The position numbers were made by a program, and so were the translations under genes. A stretch of DNA of 64,000 bases from an uncultured Planctomycetaceae bacterium (GTDB taxonomy: Bacteria; Planctomycetota; Planctomycetia; Pirellulales; PALSA-1355), in contig CAWAUV010000005.1 in assembly GCA_963785305.1 (NCBI GenBank), positions 224,001 through 288,000 on the forward strand. The letters run 5' to 3'. Below are positions 43,724 to 53,745 of the stretch, in pieces. The notes below the pieces were generated by a model. That model ran no database searches, was not told the DNA's origin, and saw only the letters and a list, made by a program, of their open reading frames with translations. Position 1 is the stretch's first letter, and each line of letters begins with the position of its first letter.

Positions 43724-44296
43724 TTAGTATCCAGGTTCCGTCGAAAGAAAGAGTCGAATTAGTCCAACTATCATCCAAAAACACACAGATAGATAAGTTA
43801 TGACATATAGTACGTCTGCGATGCTCAATCGGTATCCGTTATGAGTTTTGAAAGCGATTGCCAGACGCCGCCAAATCAAAGCAATCCAGACGCCGGATAC
43901 GATAAGCGAATACGACACGCAATCCGCTATGCATTCCTCACGATTAAACAAAATCCGTCGACCGGTGTTAAGGTCGAAGTTTATCGAGGCATAATGGCCG
44001 TGATAATGGCCAGAAAGTGTAATATGAAACGCCCAAACTATAATGAACCAAACGACAACAAGAACGAGCTTGTAAAAAAAACGAGATATCGAAACCGGCA
44101 CCGGCAGGAGGAGCAGCGAGATTCCAATCCCTGCATAAATTGGCCATGCGGCCAGCAGGTACCAGGGAGAATGCTTTACTCCGTTAACTACGTAGCTATT
44201 CGAATCAAATTGCCGCCATAGCTCTACCGGAATGAACGAAAGCGCAAAGACAAATGCCGATCGCACAACATCGTTGATAACGCGCTTGATCGACAT
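43724..44296 (-). CDS. Putative membrane immunity protein
   Basis: AT-rich, about five TM segments, directly downstream of an Rhs tip. Confidence 0.65.
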   Translation of the reverse strand: MSIKRVINDVVRSAFVFALSFIPVELWRQFDSNSYVVNGVKHSPWYLLAAWPIYAGIGISLLLLPVPVSISRFFYKLVLVVVWFIIVWAFHITLSGHYHGHYASINFDLNTGRRILFNREECIADCVSYSLIVSGVWIALIWRRLAIAFKTHNGYRLSIADVLYVITYLSVCFWMIVGLIRLFLSTEPGY

Positions 44297-44351
44297 TTCG
44301 TGACTCTGAATAGAACACGTTGGCGTTATCGAAGTCGACAGGAACATACGC

Positions 44352-46360
44352 TCATGGTTTATTGCAAACGACGCTGCAGACGTCTCGGCAGACCTGCCCT
44401 CCCGCAGCAAAAGCGACTTCGCAGGATTTTGCCCATGCCTTGTTCTTTAGTTTTCCGCAGATTTTTGCGGCCTGGCCCCCTTTATTGCATGCCGACAAGC
44501 ATGCCATAATTGAACAATTTCCGTAGAGCGCGCCGCCGTCTTCCACGGAAGTAAATCCAATTCCCATCGGTGGGAGCATTGGCGGGCATGGCGGGTTGTT
44601 TTTATACGATGGGCAGCGAGGGATAAATCCCAGCAACCAGTCAAGCGCCTGACAGCTCCGATCTGAGACCTCTTGATATGTATAAACTACGAGCTGACCC
44701 ATTGGTATGGATCTTAATGCGTCACACGTGATTACCTGCCTGACGGCCGATGCGTCATTTGTGCGCTTTATATCAGTGCACTTATAGACACAGTCAGTAC
44801 TACAGTTTCCGGACGGCTTCGATGAAGCCAGTGTAGTACAAGCGAAATCAACAAAACAGCCGAGCCCGCGACCATCGATGAGCGTTATTGGGTTATTGTT
44901 CACATAACGCGATACATTTGAATCGCCCGCAGCGAACATTAACGGGTCTCTCGTGATCCAGAGACCGAGCAGCGGATTCAAATACCGGTTCCGAACCTGA
45001 TACAGCCCCGATTCGCCGTCCCAGCGGTAGCCGCAGTAGAGGGTTTCCCAGGCGTAGTCGCTTCCGCCTGAGCGAACGGTGAAATCGGGGTTCAGGAATG
45101 TCGGCAGGCCATAAACCGTGTAGCTGTAGCGTTCCTGCACCATGCCCGATGTATTGACGATCGCCGTGACGTTCCAATTCGCGTCTTGCAGGGCGTAGAG
45201 GCGTTCGGTCGAGCGGTCCCGAAGGACCAGATCGTCGATGTAGCGTTGGCCCCAGACGAATTGGCGGTCGGCGGTCGTGGCGCCGCCGACGCGTTCTTCG
45301 TGGACTTGCCAATCGTTCGAGTAGTACAAGTCGCGAAGAACGCCGGAAATCGTCTTCGTCGCGCGACGGTTGAGGCCGTCGTAGCTGTATGTTGCCACGC
45401 CAATCAGTTGAGTCAAGCGGTTCCAAGCGTCGTAGACGCCGGTGAACGCCGACGAAGGAGATGCGGGCTGCGGGATCGCGGTCATCGCGCCGGTCGGGCT
45501 GTAGGCGGGCTGCGCCACGCGGCGCCGTAGCGCTGGGTGATGCCCATGATTTCGTTCACCGGATTACTCGACCGTTGCTGGTCGAGATTGTTCGCGGCGG
45601 TCACGACATCCGTGTTGACGAAGTTGGACCAATTGCCCGTGGCGTCGAGGCCCCATTGCTGGGCGAGGGTCATGTTCGCGATCGATTGGTTGCCACTATT
45701 GAGGTTGCCGCGGCTCATGTCGGTGAGGCGCTGCAGGCCGTCGTACGAATACAACTCATCGTTGCCGGCGGCGACGGCTTGATGGCGCCTGACACGGTTG
45801 CCGGCTTGGTCGTAGCCGTATTGGATTTGATCGAGCGTGGCGCTGGGCGTCGTCCAGGGGTTGTTGATCACTCGGCCGAACTGGTCGAGGCCGAGATACG
45901 GATTCGCGCCGGAGCCGCCGGCGAGCGACCAGGTGACGTTCGGCTGAGGATACGTCAGATCGACGAATGTCGAGAGGCCCAGATAGGTGTATTCAACCAG
46001 CGTCGTGCCGTCGGAATCGACGTAGCTCGTGACGCGGCTGAGGGCGTCGTCATTGCCGCTCGCATAGTTGTACGATACGACGCGGGGCGTCGTGCCGCTG
46101 ACGGCGCCGGGGTAGGTGATCGCCGTCAGGCGCGTTCGTGTTGGCGCTGCCGTCGGCGAAGGCGTACTGCACGTTGGGAGACGTGGCGGTGTTCACGGCG
46201 GCGCCATGCTGCTGATACTGCTTGACGAGTTGCTGGAAACCATTGTAGGCGTTTTGGATCTGATTTACCACTGTCGTACCGGCGGTGTCGGCGTAACTCG
46301 TAATTTGATTCACGAGCCCGCGAATTTCGTAGTTCGTGGTGATTCGCCGCACCCGCGTGG
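44352..46360 (-). pseudogene. Orphan Rhs (family A) core fragment with Cys-rich C-terminal tip (44352-44861)
   Basis: YD repeats; LYQVRNRYLNP..GLWITRDP...YVNNNPITLIDGRGL; homologous to 58398-60210; frameshifts at about 45515 and 46135. Confidence 0.9.
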
Positions 46361-46444
46361 CGGGGCTGCCGGCACTCGGACAGCTGAACGTCAGCAAAAA
46401 CTGCCCGCCGGGTCGAAAAACCGCCGCCAGCGAAATCAATGAGC

Positions 46445-48379
46445 ATCGCGGTAGGGATGGCCCTTTCGGGCCACCCCCCGCACAGATCCGTACGTGCGGA
46501 ACTACCGCATACGGCTCCTACCTTGGATACAAACGATCAAACCGCACTTCGGGATAAGGATGCAGGATTTTCGGGGTGGGAAGCCATCGTTTGCAAAGCT
46601 GCGAGAACTTCCGCCAGGTCATCCGGCGTCCGCGTTGGCTGCGTCGCCGCAGCATGCGGAGCCAGAGTTTCTGGAGCGCCGTGCGGAATTGTTGCAATCG
46701 CACCGAGTTGCCGGGAATCGCATGGTAATTGAGCCATCCCCGGTAAACGCTCGATAGCCATGGCCCGACTTGCGCCAAGTCCATGTGCATTTTCCCGCGC
46801 AGCGCTTCTTTCAGTTCGCGCAGTTTGCCACGAAACTTCTTGGCCGATGAGATGCGGCGAATGGTGAATTCGCCCTTCCGGGTCACGCCACTGATGTGGG
46901 TGAAGCCCAGGAAGTCGAATGTCTCCGGTGGGCCATCGCCACGCTTCGATCGTCGTTCGGCCGCATAGCGTCCGAACTCGATCAGCCGCGTCTTCTCCGG
47001 GTGCAGTTCCAAACCGAATTTGGTGAAGCGTTCCCGGAGCGCCGCCAGGCAGCGTCGCGCGTCGGACTCCTCGCGGAATCCGACTACGAAATCGTCCGCA
47101 TAGCGCACGATGATGACCTCGCCCACGGCATGGCGTTTCCGCCACGCCACCAGCCACAGGTCCAGAACATAGTGCAAGAACACGTTCGAATAGAGCGGCG
47201 AAATCACCGCTCCTTGAGGTGTTCCCATGGTGCTCGGGGACCATTCGCCATCTTCCGACACTCCGGCTCGAAGCCATTTCTTCAGCAGCCGAAGCAGTCG
47301 TCGGTCGGCGATCCGATGCTCCAGGAACTTCATCAACCATGCGTGGTCGATGTTGTCGAAGAAGCCGCGGATGTCCGCATCCAAAATCCAGTTCACTTTC
47401 CGCTTCTTGATGCCCACGTAGAGCGCGTCCAAGGCTCGGTGACAGCTTCGTCCAGGACGAAAGCCGTAACTGAAACCCAGAAAGTCCTCTTCGTAGATGC
47501 ACTCCAGGATCGTCCGTACGGCTTGCTGGACGATCTTGTCCTCCAGCGCCGCGATCCCGAGGGGCCGCGGCTTGCCGTCGAGCTTGGGAATCCAAGTTCG
47601 CTTGGACGGCCTGGCTCGATAAGCTCCCCGATGGATTCGACTGTGCAGATCGTCGATCCGCGTTTCGAAATCGGTGGCGTATTGAGCCCATGTCAGGCCA
47701 TCGACGCCGGGCGCGGCTTGCTTCTTCAGGTCGAAGAAACTCGCCACCAGCAGTTCGGGCGTGACATGGTTCAGCAGATTGTTGAACCGCATCTTCTTGT
47801 CGCGTTGTGCCGCTTCTCGCACGCCCAGCAGTCCGCGCGACCTGGGAGCCCGGCGCTGTGTCCGGTCCAGTAGCGACTGCTCGGCGTTCTCCTCGGTCAG
47901 CTCCCTTCCCTCCACGGGCTCCGCCGACAGCGGCACGCTGTCGTTGTTCGCCTGCTTCTTTGGTACTATGGAACTGTCTGACTCCCCGGGAACGTGCATG
48001 TCGGACTTGTGGCCTCGCGCCTTCTCCGACCGATCCGCTTCCGGTGAAACGGATGTTCCCGGGATCTCCCGGCTTCCGCGAGAAAAGTTTCCGGCCGTGC
48101 GGGTGGTCTCAGACTCCGTGGGGGAGACGTCGGACTCGCCATGATCGTTCGACATCACTGTTGCCTTCCCGCATGAATCGAGCGACGGGGTCAGGACAAG
48201 GTCGGCCGCCACAAAAGAATGTTTTCGGAGCTCGATACACCGCCCGGCCGTGCCTCTGTGAACGCTTCGCCCTGCCAGTTGCCCGACACGACGCATCACT
48301 CGAGGCCGAGGTGGCTGGCTAGGCCTTGCCTCGTGCGACTCTTTCATTCGCGACTCTCCTCCGGCTTCGCGCCGGCGAC
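46445..48379 (-). mobile_element. Group II intron copy 2
   Basis: Nearly identical to copy 1. The 5' end reads GTCG, with one G missing (possible sequencing error). Confidence 0.95.
46518..47999 (-). CDS. ltrA: Group II intron RT/maturase, intact
   Basis: Uninterrupted ORF MHVPGESD...RYADDF...ILHPYPEVRFDRLYPR; start codon is inferred. Confidence 0.9.
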   Translation of the reverse strand: MHVPGESDSSIVPKKQANNDSVPLSAEPVEGRELTEENAEQSLLDRTQRRAPRSRGLLGVREAAQRDKKMRFNNLLNHVTPELLVASFFDLKKQAAPGVDGLTWAQYATDFETRIDDLHSRIHRGAYRARPSKRTWIPKLDGKPRPLGIAALEDKIVQQAVRTILECIYEEDFLGFSYGFRPGRSCHRALDALYVGIKKRKVNWILDADIRGFFDNIDHAWLMKFLEHRIADRRLLRLLKKWLRAGVSEDGEWSPSTMGTPQGAVISPLYSNVFLHYVLDLWLVAWRKRHAVGEVIIVRYADDFVVGFREESDARRCLAALRERFTKFGLELHPEKTRLIEFGRYAAERRSKRGDGPPETFDFLGFTHISGVTRKGEFTIRRISSAKKFRGKLRELKEALRGKMHMDLAQVGPWLSSVYRGWLNYHAIPGNSVRLQQFRTALQKLWLRMLRRRSQRGRRMTWRKFSQLCKRWLPTPKILHPYPEVRFDRLYPR

Positions 48380-48468
48380 CCTGACCCCTTTGGATTGTCA
48401 GGAGCAGTCGGTGCGGCGAGCAATATGACGATGATGCTGACGCTTGGCTGACGCAATCGCACATTATT

Positions 48469-48987
48469 TCATTGTTGCCAGACAACTTCTTCATGCAGCG
48501 GCACGATCGCGGCATATTCACTACGGAAGATTGGAAGTTGCTCATTCAAAAACCAAACAAGGCCACCATAGGAGGACGCGTCCAGGCCGATCGATCCGCC
48601 GGTAGAAAAGTCAATTAGAAGCCCGCCGAGTTTCTTAGTATTGCCTTGCTCAAAGGTAGTCACTTTCGTAACCCTGGGGGGCGCGTCATCCAAATTCTTG
48701 CGATAGCAAACGTTCTCAAAAATTCGCATTAGTCCAGTGCGACAATCTGGATATTCCTTTCTGGCCCAAGCGGACCACTCGCTCAGTAACAATCGCTCAC
48801 ATGAAATATCTTCACTGCCAATAGGTTGGCGCAATACTACACAACTGTCATCGAAGCAGAAAATGACAGGGCCGCCTTCAAGCTTTGCCCATCGCTCCGT
48901 GGGATCATCGGACAATGCTTCAATTGCCATGTACACGTCGGTAATCGGTTGCTCTTTCAATGTCTCGATAAAAGTATTTATGCTCAT
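48469..48987 (-). CDS. Putative immunity protein for Rhs-B tip 1
   Basis: AT-rich; ATGA overlap with the toxin stop codon. Confidence 0.7.
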   Translation of the reverse strand: MSINTFIETLKEQPITDVYMAIEALSDDPTERWAKLEGGPVIFCFDDSCVVLRQPIGSEDISCERLLLSEWSAWARKEYPDCRTGLMRIFENVCYRKNLDDAPPRVTKVTTFEQGNTKKLGGLLIDFSTGGSIGLDASSYGGLVWFLNEQLPIFRSEYAAIVPLHEEVVWQQ

Positions 48988-50537
48988 GTTTTTGGCCTCA
49001 AACGCTGAATCATGTCGAACGTGCTACGTTGCACTGATATTAATGCGCCATCAGTGCCTCGGAGTAGAGTAAATCCGCCCCCTTCGAACACCTCAAAGAC
49101 TTGCCCTGGCCTAGCAGGGTCGAGATAGAGTCCTTTTGCCTTGAGCGTTCCATTCTGGATCTGTTGTTCCCAACCACGGAGCACAGCCGCCGTTCCTTCG
49201 GGCGTCTTAAGTTTGGTGTCAATCTTAGTTCCCGTGAGTTCTTCAAGAAACTGCTTCGCTCGTCCACCATGCGACTGCTGGTCAAAATTCTTGCTGGCTT
49301 TTAGGGTAACAGTGTTTGCCACATTACTTGGAGCATTCCCCTCCGCCGCGTTTACACCTGGGCTGGCGAGTTTATTTGGTGTCTCCGGACCGACGAGCGG
49401 ATCAAAGGCGGGGATCGTCCCTTTCGCGAAGCCCGATGCCATTATCAGCGCGTCGTCAAGGTTGCCGCGGCCTGATCGGGTGGGGTCGAGCATCAACGCC
49501 ATCGTGCCGACAACCGCGCCTTGCGATGCCAACACGTTCGCGTCGCGACGCATCCCCATCCGCGCGATCGATTTTCCATACTCCGCCGCAGCATTCCCGC
49601 CTTTAACATACACCGTATTCGGATTGTTTTCATAGGCCCGAACGAAACCGGCGCCGGCCTCATCGGGCGAAACCGCGACGATCGAGGGCTGAGTGCTCAA
49701 AAACGCCTTGTAATCCGCCGCCTTCTTCATCGCGCCTTGCAAAAACGCCGGCGCGGTCGGCGCCAAGCTAAGCACGCTCGGTGACGGATCAGTGCTGTAT
49801 CGTTCCGCGGGCGGCAGCGAATTGAACCAAGTGGTGAATTTTTCCTCGAAATCAAGCGATTGATTAATGTAGTCGGTCAGTTCCTTCGCTTGCTGCTCGC
49901 CGAATTCGCCCGGCGTGAGGATCGATAAATACTCGCGCCCGATTCGTTCCCATTCCGCGTTGAACCGCTCCTCGCGACTCGGAGCGTTCGCGTAGGGTTC
50001 CAACCCTTCGGGATCGACCTCGTTCGTCGGGCTGTTGCCGAACGCGCGGTAGGTGTTGACATCCGCTTGCGCCGGATCCGGCGTGTTCCAGGTTCCGCTC
50101 GACGGATCGTATACCCGGTTCACGGCGAAGTCGTCGCCGGTGGTGGCGTCGGTGAACAGGCCGTCGTAGCCGAAGGCGACGTCGACCGCCGCGGGATCGA
50201 GGGCCGTGTGGCTAACCGGCTGGCCGGCTGGCCGAAGGCGTTGTAGGTGATGTGGTCTTCGATCGCGCCGCTCGAATCGATCGTGTCGCGCACCGTGTTT
50301 TGGCCGTCGTCGAGCGTCCACAAGATGTTGCCGGGCGTGCTCGGGTCGGTGACTTGCTCGTCGGCCAAAAGCTGATCGACCGCGGGTCCCCACAAATAAC
50401 GATCGGTGAGATTCGCCGCGCTGGGCGCGGAGCGCTCGCGCCATCGCCGGTGGTCTGGAACTGGAACACGGCTTGGCGTCCGCCAGCGGAGCCGCTATCC
50501 GGCGGGTCGTCGAAGATAAAACGCTGTCTGCTCGCGA
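48984..50537 (-). pseudogene. Orphan Rhs (family B) fragment + conserved post-cleavage domain + variable tip 1 (48984-49327)
   Basis: RYLWGPAVDQLLADEQ, NRVYDPSSGTWNTPDP, GNSPTNEVDPEGL; duplicated at 61531-62732. Confidence 0.9.
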
Positions 50538-50559
50538 GTCAAACACCGGTTATCAGTTA

Positions 50560-50587
50560 AATCAATGACTCCTGACCCCTTTGGATT
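50560..50587 (-). repeat. 28-bp site C (intron-free)
   Basis: AATCCAAAGGGGTCAGGAGTCATTGATT, at the junction of the Rhs-B module and truncated hypD. Confidence 0.95.
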
Positions 50588-51440
50588 GTTTCAAGGCAGC
50601 CCGCTCGAGAGCAAGGCCCGCGGGGCCGATGTGCGCATCGTGTATTCGCCGCTCGACGCGCTGCGCATCGCCAAGCAAAACCCGGAGCGTGAGGTCGTGT
50701 TCTTCGCCATCGGCTTCGAGACCACCGCGCCGAGCACCGCGATCACGTTGCTGCAAGCGCGGGCCGAGGGCGTCATGAACTTCAAGGTCTTCTCGAACCA
50801 TGTCACGATTCTGCCGGCGATTCGCGCGATTCTCGATTCGCCCGACATGCGGCTCGATGGCTTCGTGGGGCCGGGCCATGTGTCGACGGTCATCGGTTGC
50901 CGTCCCTATGAGTTCATTGCCCGCGACTATGGCTGCCCGATCGTGGTGTCGGGGTTCGAGCCGGCCGATATCCTGCAGTCGCTGGTGATGATCTTGCGGC
51001 AGCTTCGCGCGGGCCAAGCGCGGGTCGAGAATCAATATGCCCGCGTCGTTCCCTGGGATGGCAATCGCGCGGCGCTCGAGGCGCTGGCCGAAGTGTTCGA
51101 AGTCCGCCCGCATTTCGAGTGGCGCGGGCTGGGATTCATTTCGCAATCGGCGCTGCGAGTGCGACCGGCGCTCGCCGCCTGGGACGCGGAACAAACGATG
51201 CCGATCCGGGGCGTGGCGGTGGCCGATCCCAAGGCGGCCCAGTGCGGCGAAGTGCTCAAGGGCGTGCTCAAGCCACATCAATGCAAACTGTTTGGCAAGG
51301 AATGCACGCCGTCCAACCCGATCGGGGCGCTGATGGTGTCGTCCGAAGGGGCGTGCGCCGCGCATTTCAAATACGGCGCGACGCCACTCTCCCGGCCGCA
51401 CGGCCCGCCCACGCTGCTGACAGCCGAAACGACACCCTAG
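50588..51440 (+). pseudogene. hypD: HypD, 5'-truncated at site C
   Basis: ARGADVRIVYSPLDA, GFETTAP, GPGHVS, CGEVLKG...C..FG..CTP..PIGALMVSSEGAC; the N-terminal CGxH and GPGCPVC motifs are missing. Confidence 0.9.
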
Positions 51441-51456
51441 AAGAGCCTTCCATCCT

Positions 51457-52515
51457 GTGACTTCACCTACGGCCATGCAACTCCACCGCGAAGCGACGCC
51501 ATTTTACGACAAGCAAATCGACATGGCCCACGGCGCCGGCGGCGAGGCGACGCGCCGCCTGGTCGAAGGGCTCTTCTTGCCGCTGTTGGCCAACCCGGCG
51601 CTCGATCCGCTGGCCGACGCCGCGGTGCTGACCGCGCCGCCGGGCCGGTTGGCGATGACGGTCGATAGCTTCGTGGTGCGGCCGTTGCAGTTTCCCGGCG
51701 GCTCGATCGGCGAGCTAGCGATTCATGGCACGGTAAACGATCTCGCGGTCTCGGGAGCCAAGCCGCTGGCGATTGCCGTGGCCTTTATCTTGGAAGCCGG
51801 GTTGCGCACCGAAGTGCTGCGCCGCGAGGTCACGCTCCTGGCTGCCGCGGCTCGGCGATGCGGGGTGGTCGTGGCGACGGGCGACACGAAAGTGGTCGAA
51901 CACGGCAAGGCCGACGGAATGTATATCTCGACCACCGGCATCGGCTCCGTGGCAAGCCAGGCCGATCTGCGGCCGGGGCGAGTCGTGCCCGGAGATCGGG
52001 TGTTGGTTTCCGGGCCGATTGGGAATCACGGCATGGCGATCATGCTCGCGCGGGCCGAGCTCGAGATCGAGTCGGACATTCGCTCCGACACGCGCTCGAT
52101 TCTGCCGCTCACCGAAGCGCTGCTCGCCGCCTGCGGAACTGAACTGAAATGGATGCGCGACGCCACGCGCGGCGGCGTCGCCACGGTGCTCAACGAACTG
52201 GCCAGCGACTCGGGCCAGCGGCTCATGATCGAGGAAGAAGCCGTGCCGGTCGACGACGATGTGCGTGGCGCCTGCGAACTGCTGGGCCTCGATCCGCTGC
52301 AGGTAGCCAACGAAGGCCAGTTTGTCGCCGTGGTGTCGGCCTCGGCGGCCGAGCGGGCGCTCGAGGCGCTGCGGAGTGTCGCGGGCGGTGAGCGGGCTTG
52401 TTGCTTGGGCGAAATCGTCGGCGGCGCGGGGCCGCGCGTGGTAGCCAGGGCCTCCTATGGCGGGATGCGCGTCGTGGATGTGCTGCTCGGCGATCCGCTG
52501 CCCCGTATTTGCTGA
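51457..52515 (+). CDS. hypE: HypE
   Basis: MAHGAGG, DSFVV.P..FPGG.IG, GDTKVV, MRDATRGG, ANEG, C-terminal LPRIC. Confidence 0.95.
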   Translation: MTSPTAMQLHREATPFYDKQIDMAHGAGGEATRRLVEGLFLPLLANPALDPLADAAVLTAPPGRLAMTVDSFVVRPLQFPGGSIGELAIHGTVNDLAVSGAKPLAIAVAFILEAGLRTEVLRREVTLLAAAARRCGVVVATGDTKVVEHGKADGMYISTTGIGSVASQADLRPGRVVPGDRVLVSGPIGNHGMAIMLARAELEIESDIRSDTRSILPLTEALLAACGTELKWMRDATRGGVATVLNELASDSGQRLMIEEEAVPVDDDVRGACELLGLDPLQVANEGQFVAVVSASAAERALEALRSVAGGERACCLGEIVGGAGPRVVARASYGGMRVVDVLLGDPLPRIC

Positions 52516-52532
52516 CGAAAGCGGCGTGTGCC

Positions 52533-53728
52533 ATGACCGCTCGCGACCAAATCATCCGACTTCTCGCAGAGCAGTTCGCGCTGCGGAACTCGATTTCGGC
52601 CGACTATTTCCCGCGCAATTGCGAGACCTTGGCCGCGGCATGCCAGCAGATGGCCGAGCGATTTCGTCGCGGCGGACGCTTGCTCGCCGCGGGCCGCGGG
52701 CGCCATGCGACCGATGCTCAGCATGTTTCGGTCGAGTTCGTGCATCCGGTGATCGTGGGCAAGCGAGCGCTGCCGGCGCTCGACGTATCGGCCGATCCGG
52801 AGCGAATGCTCGAATCGCTCGCCCGTCCAGAAGATATCGTAATGGGCTTTGCCCCACCCGAGGGCGACGCTCGCTTTGCCGAACTTTTTGCCCGCTTGGC
52901 CCGGCGAGGCGCGTTCACCTGTTTATGGTCGAGCCATTTGGGCGACGCGCCGCTTCCGGCGCCCAGCGACGATGCGTGGGTGCATCAAGAGCTCGTCGAA
53001 GTGATGTATCACACGCTCTGGGAAAGCGTGCATGTATTTCTCGAACTTGAAGGCGCCTGCCGTCCCTGTGGCGAGGACCTTGGCGCCGCGAGCTTTCTTT
53101 ATCCTTTTCTCGGCGCGAAGACCGAAGCCGCGGACTCTGCGCGCGGGTCGACGTGGCTCGATCGATTTGCCAGAAAGCGCGCGATGATGAACGTCTTCGC
53201 TCGCGATTCGCCGCCGAGCAATCCGGCCCGTTCGCCGACGCCGCGATCGCCATGGCCCGGCGCGTCGACGCGGGCGGCGCGCTGTTGGTATTTGGCAATG
53301 GCGGCTCGGCGACCGACGCCAACGATTTCGTGCTCGATTGCGTTGCCAGTTCCGAGGGTTCGCGGCCGATTCCCGCGATTTCATTTTCGGCGGAGCCGGC
53401 CGTGTTGAGCGCCATCGGCAACGATGTGGGCGTCGAGCTGATGTTCTCGCGGCAATTGATCGCCAACAGCCGGCCGGGCGACGTGGTGGTGGCGATCTCG
53501 ACCAGCGGCGCCTCGCGCAATATCGCCGCCGCGCTCGTGGAAGCGCGCAAGCGCGGCCTGCTTACCGTGGGGCTGGCCGGCTACGAGGGTGGAGACTTTG
53601 TTCGCGAAAAGCTCGTCGACCATGCGCTCGTCGTGCATTGCGATTACATTCCGCGGATTCAAGAAGTGCAGGCCTCGATTTACCATGTGCTGCGGCGGGC
53701 GATCGATTTGGCGCGACGTGGGCCTTGA
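52533..53728 (+). CDS. Tandem SIS-domain (GmhA-like) protein of the hyp cluster (frameshift at about 53145)
   Basis: TDAQHVSVEFVHPVIVGKRALPA; FGNGGSATDA, AIGNDVG, ISTSG, IPRIQE. Confidence 0.8.
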
Positions 53729-53745
53729 GGGCGAAAGGGGCGCGG

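Larger units (their letters stand above)
46434..48396 (-). repeat. 28-bp site B, split by intron 2 (halves 48396-48380 and 46444-46434)
   Basis: Spliced sequence AATCCAAAGGGGTCAGG^GCTCATTGATT. Confidence 0.9.

Noticed and set aside
41598..43784. 728-aa and 675-aa ORFs as Rhs-RT or extended RT fusion proteins
   Set aside because: The extensions are read-through across the exon, the site and intron domains I-III, and they differ between copies. The IEP most likely starts at MHVPGES.
41629..48379. RT genes as a diversity-generating retroelement or retron acting on Rhs tips
   Set aside because: The RTs sit inside complete group II intron RNA structures (GTGCG start, domain V/VI end). No template/variable repeat pair with A-specific mismatches was seen, and the tips differ wholesale.
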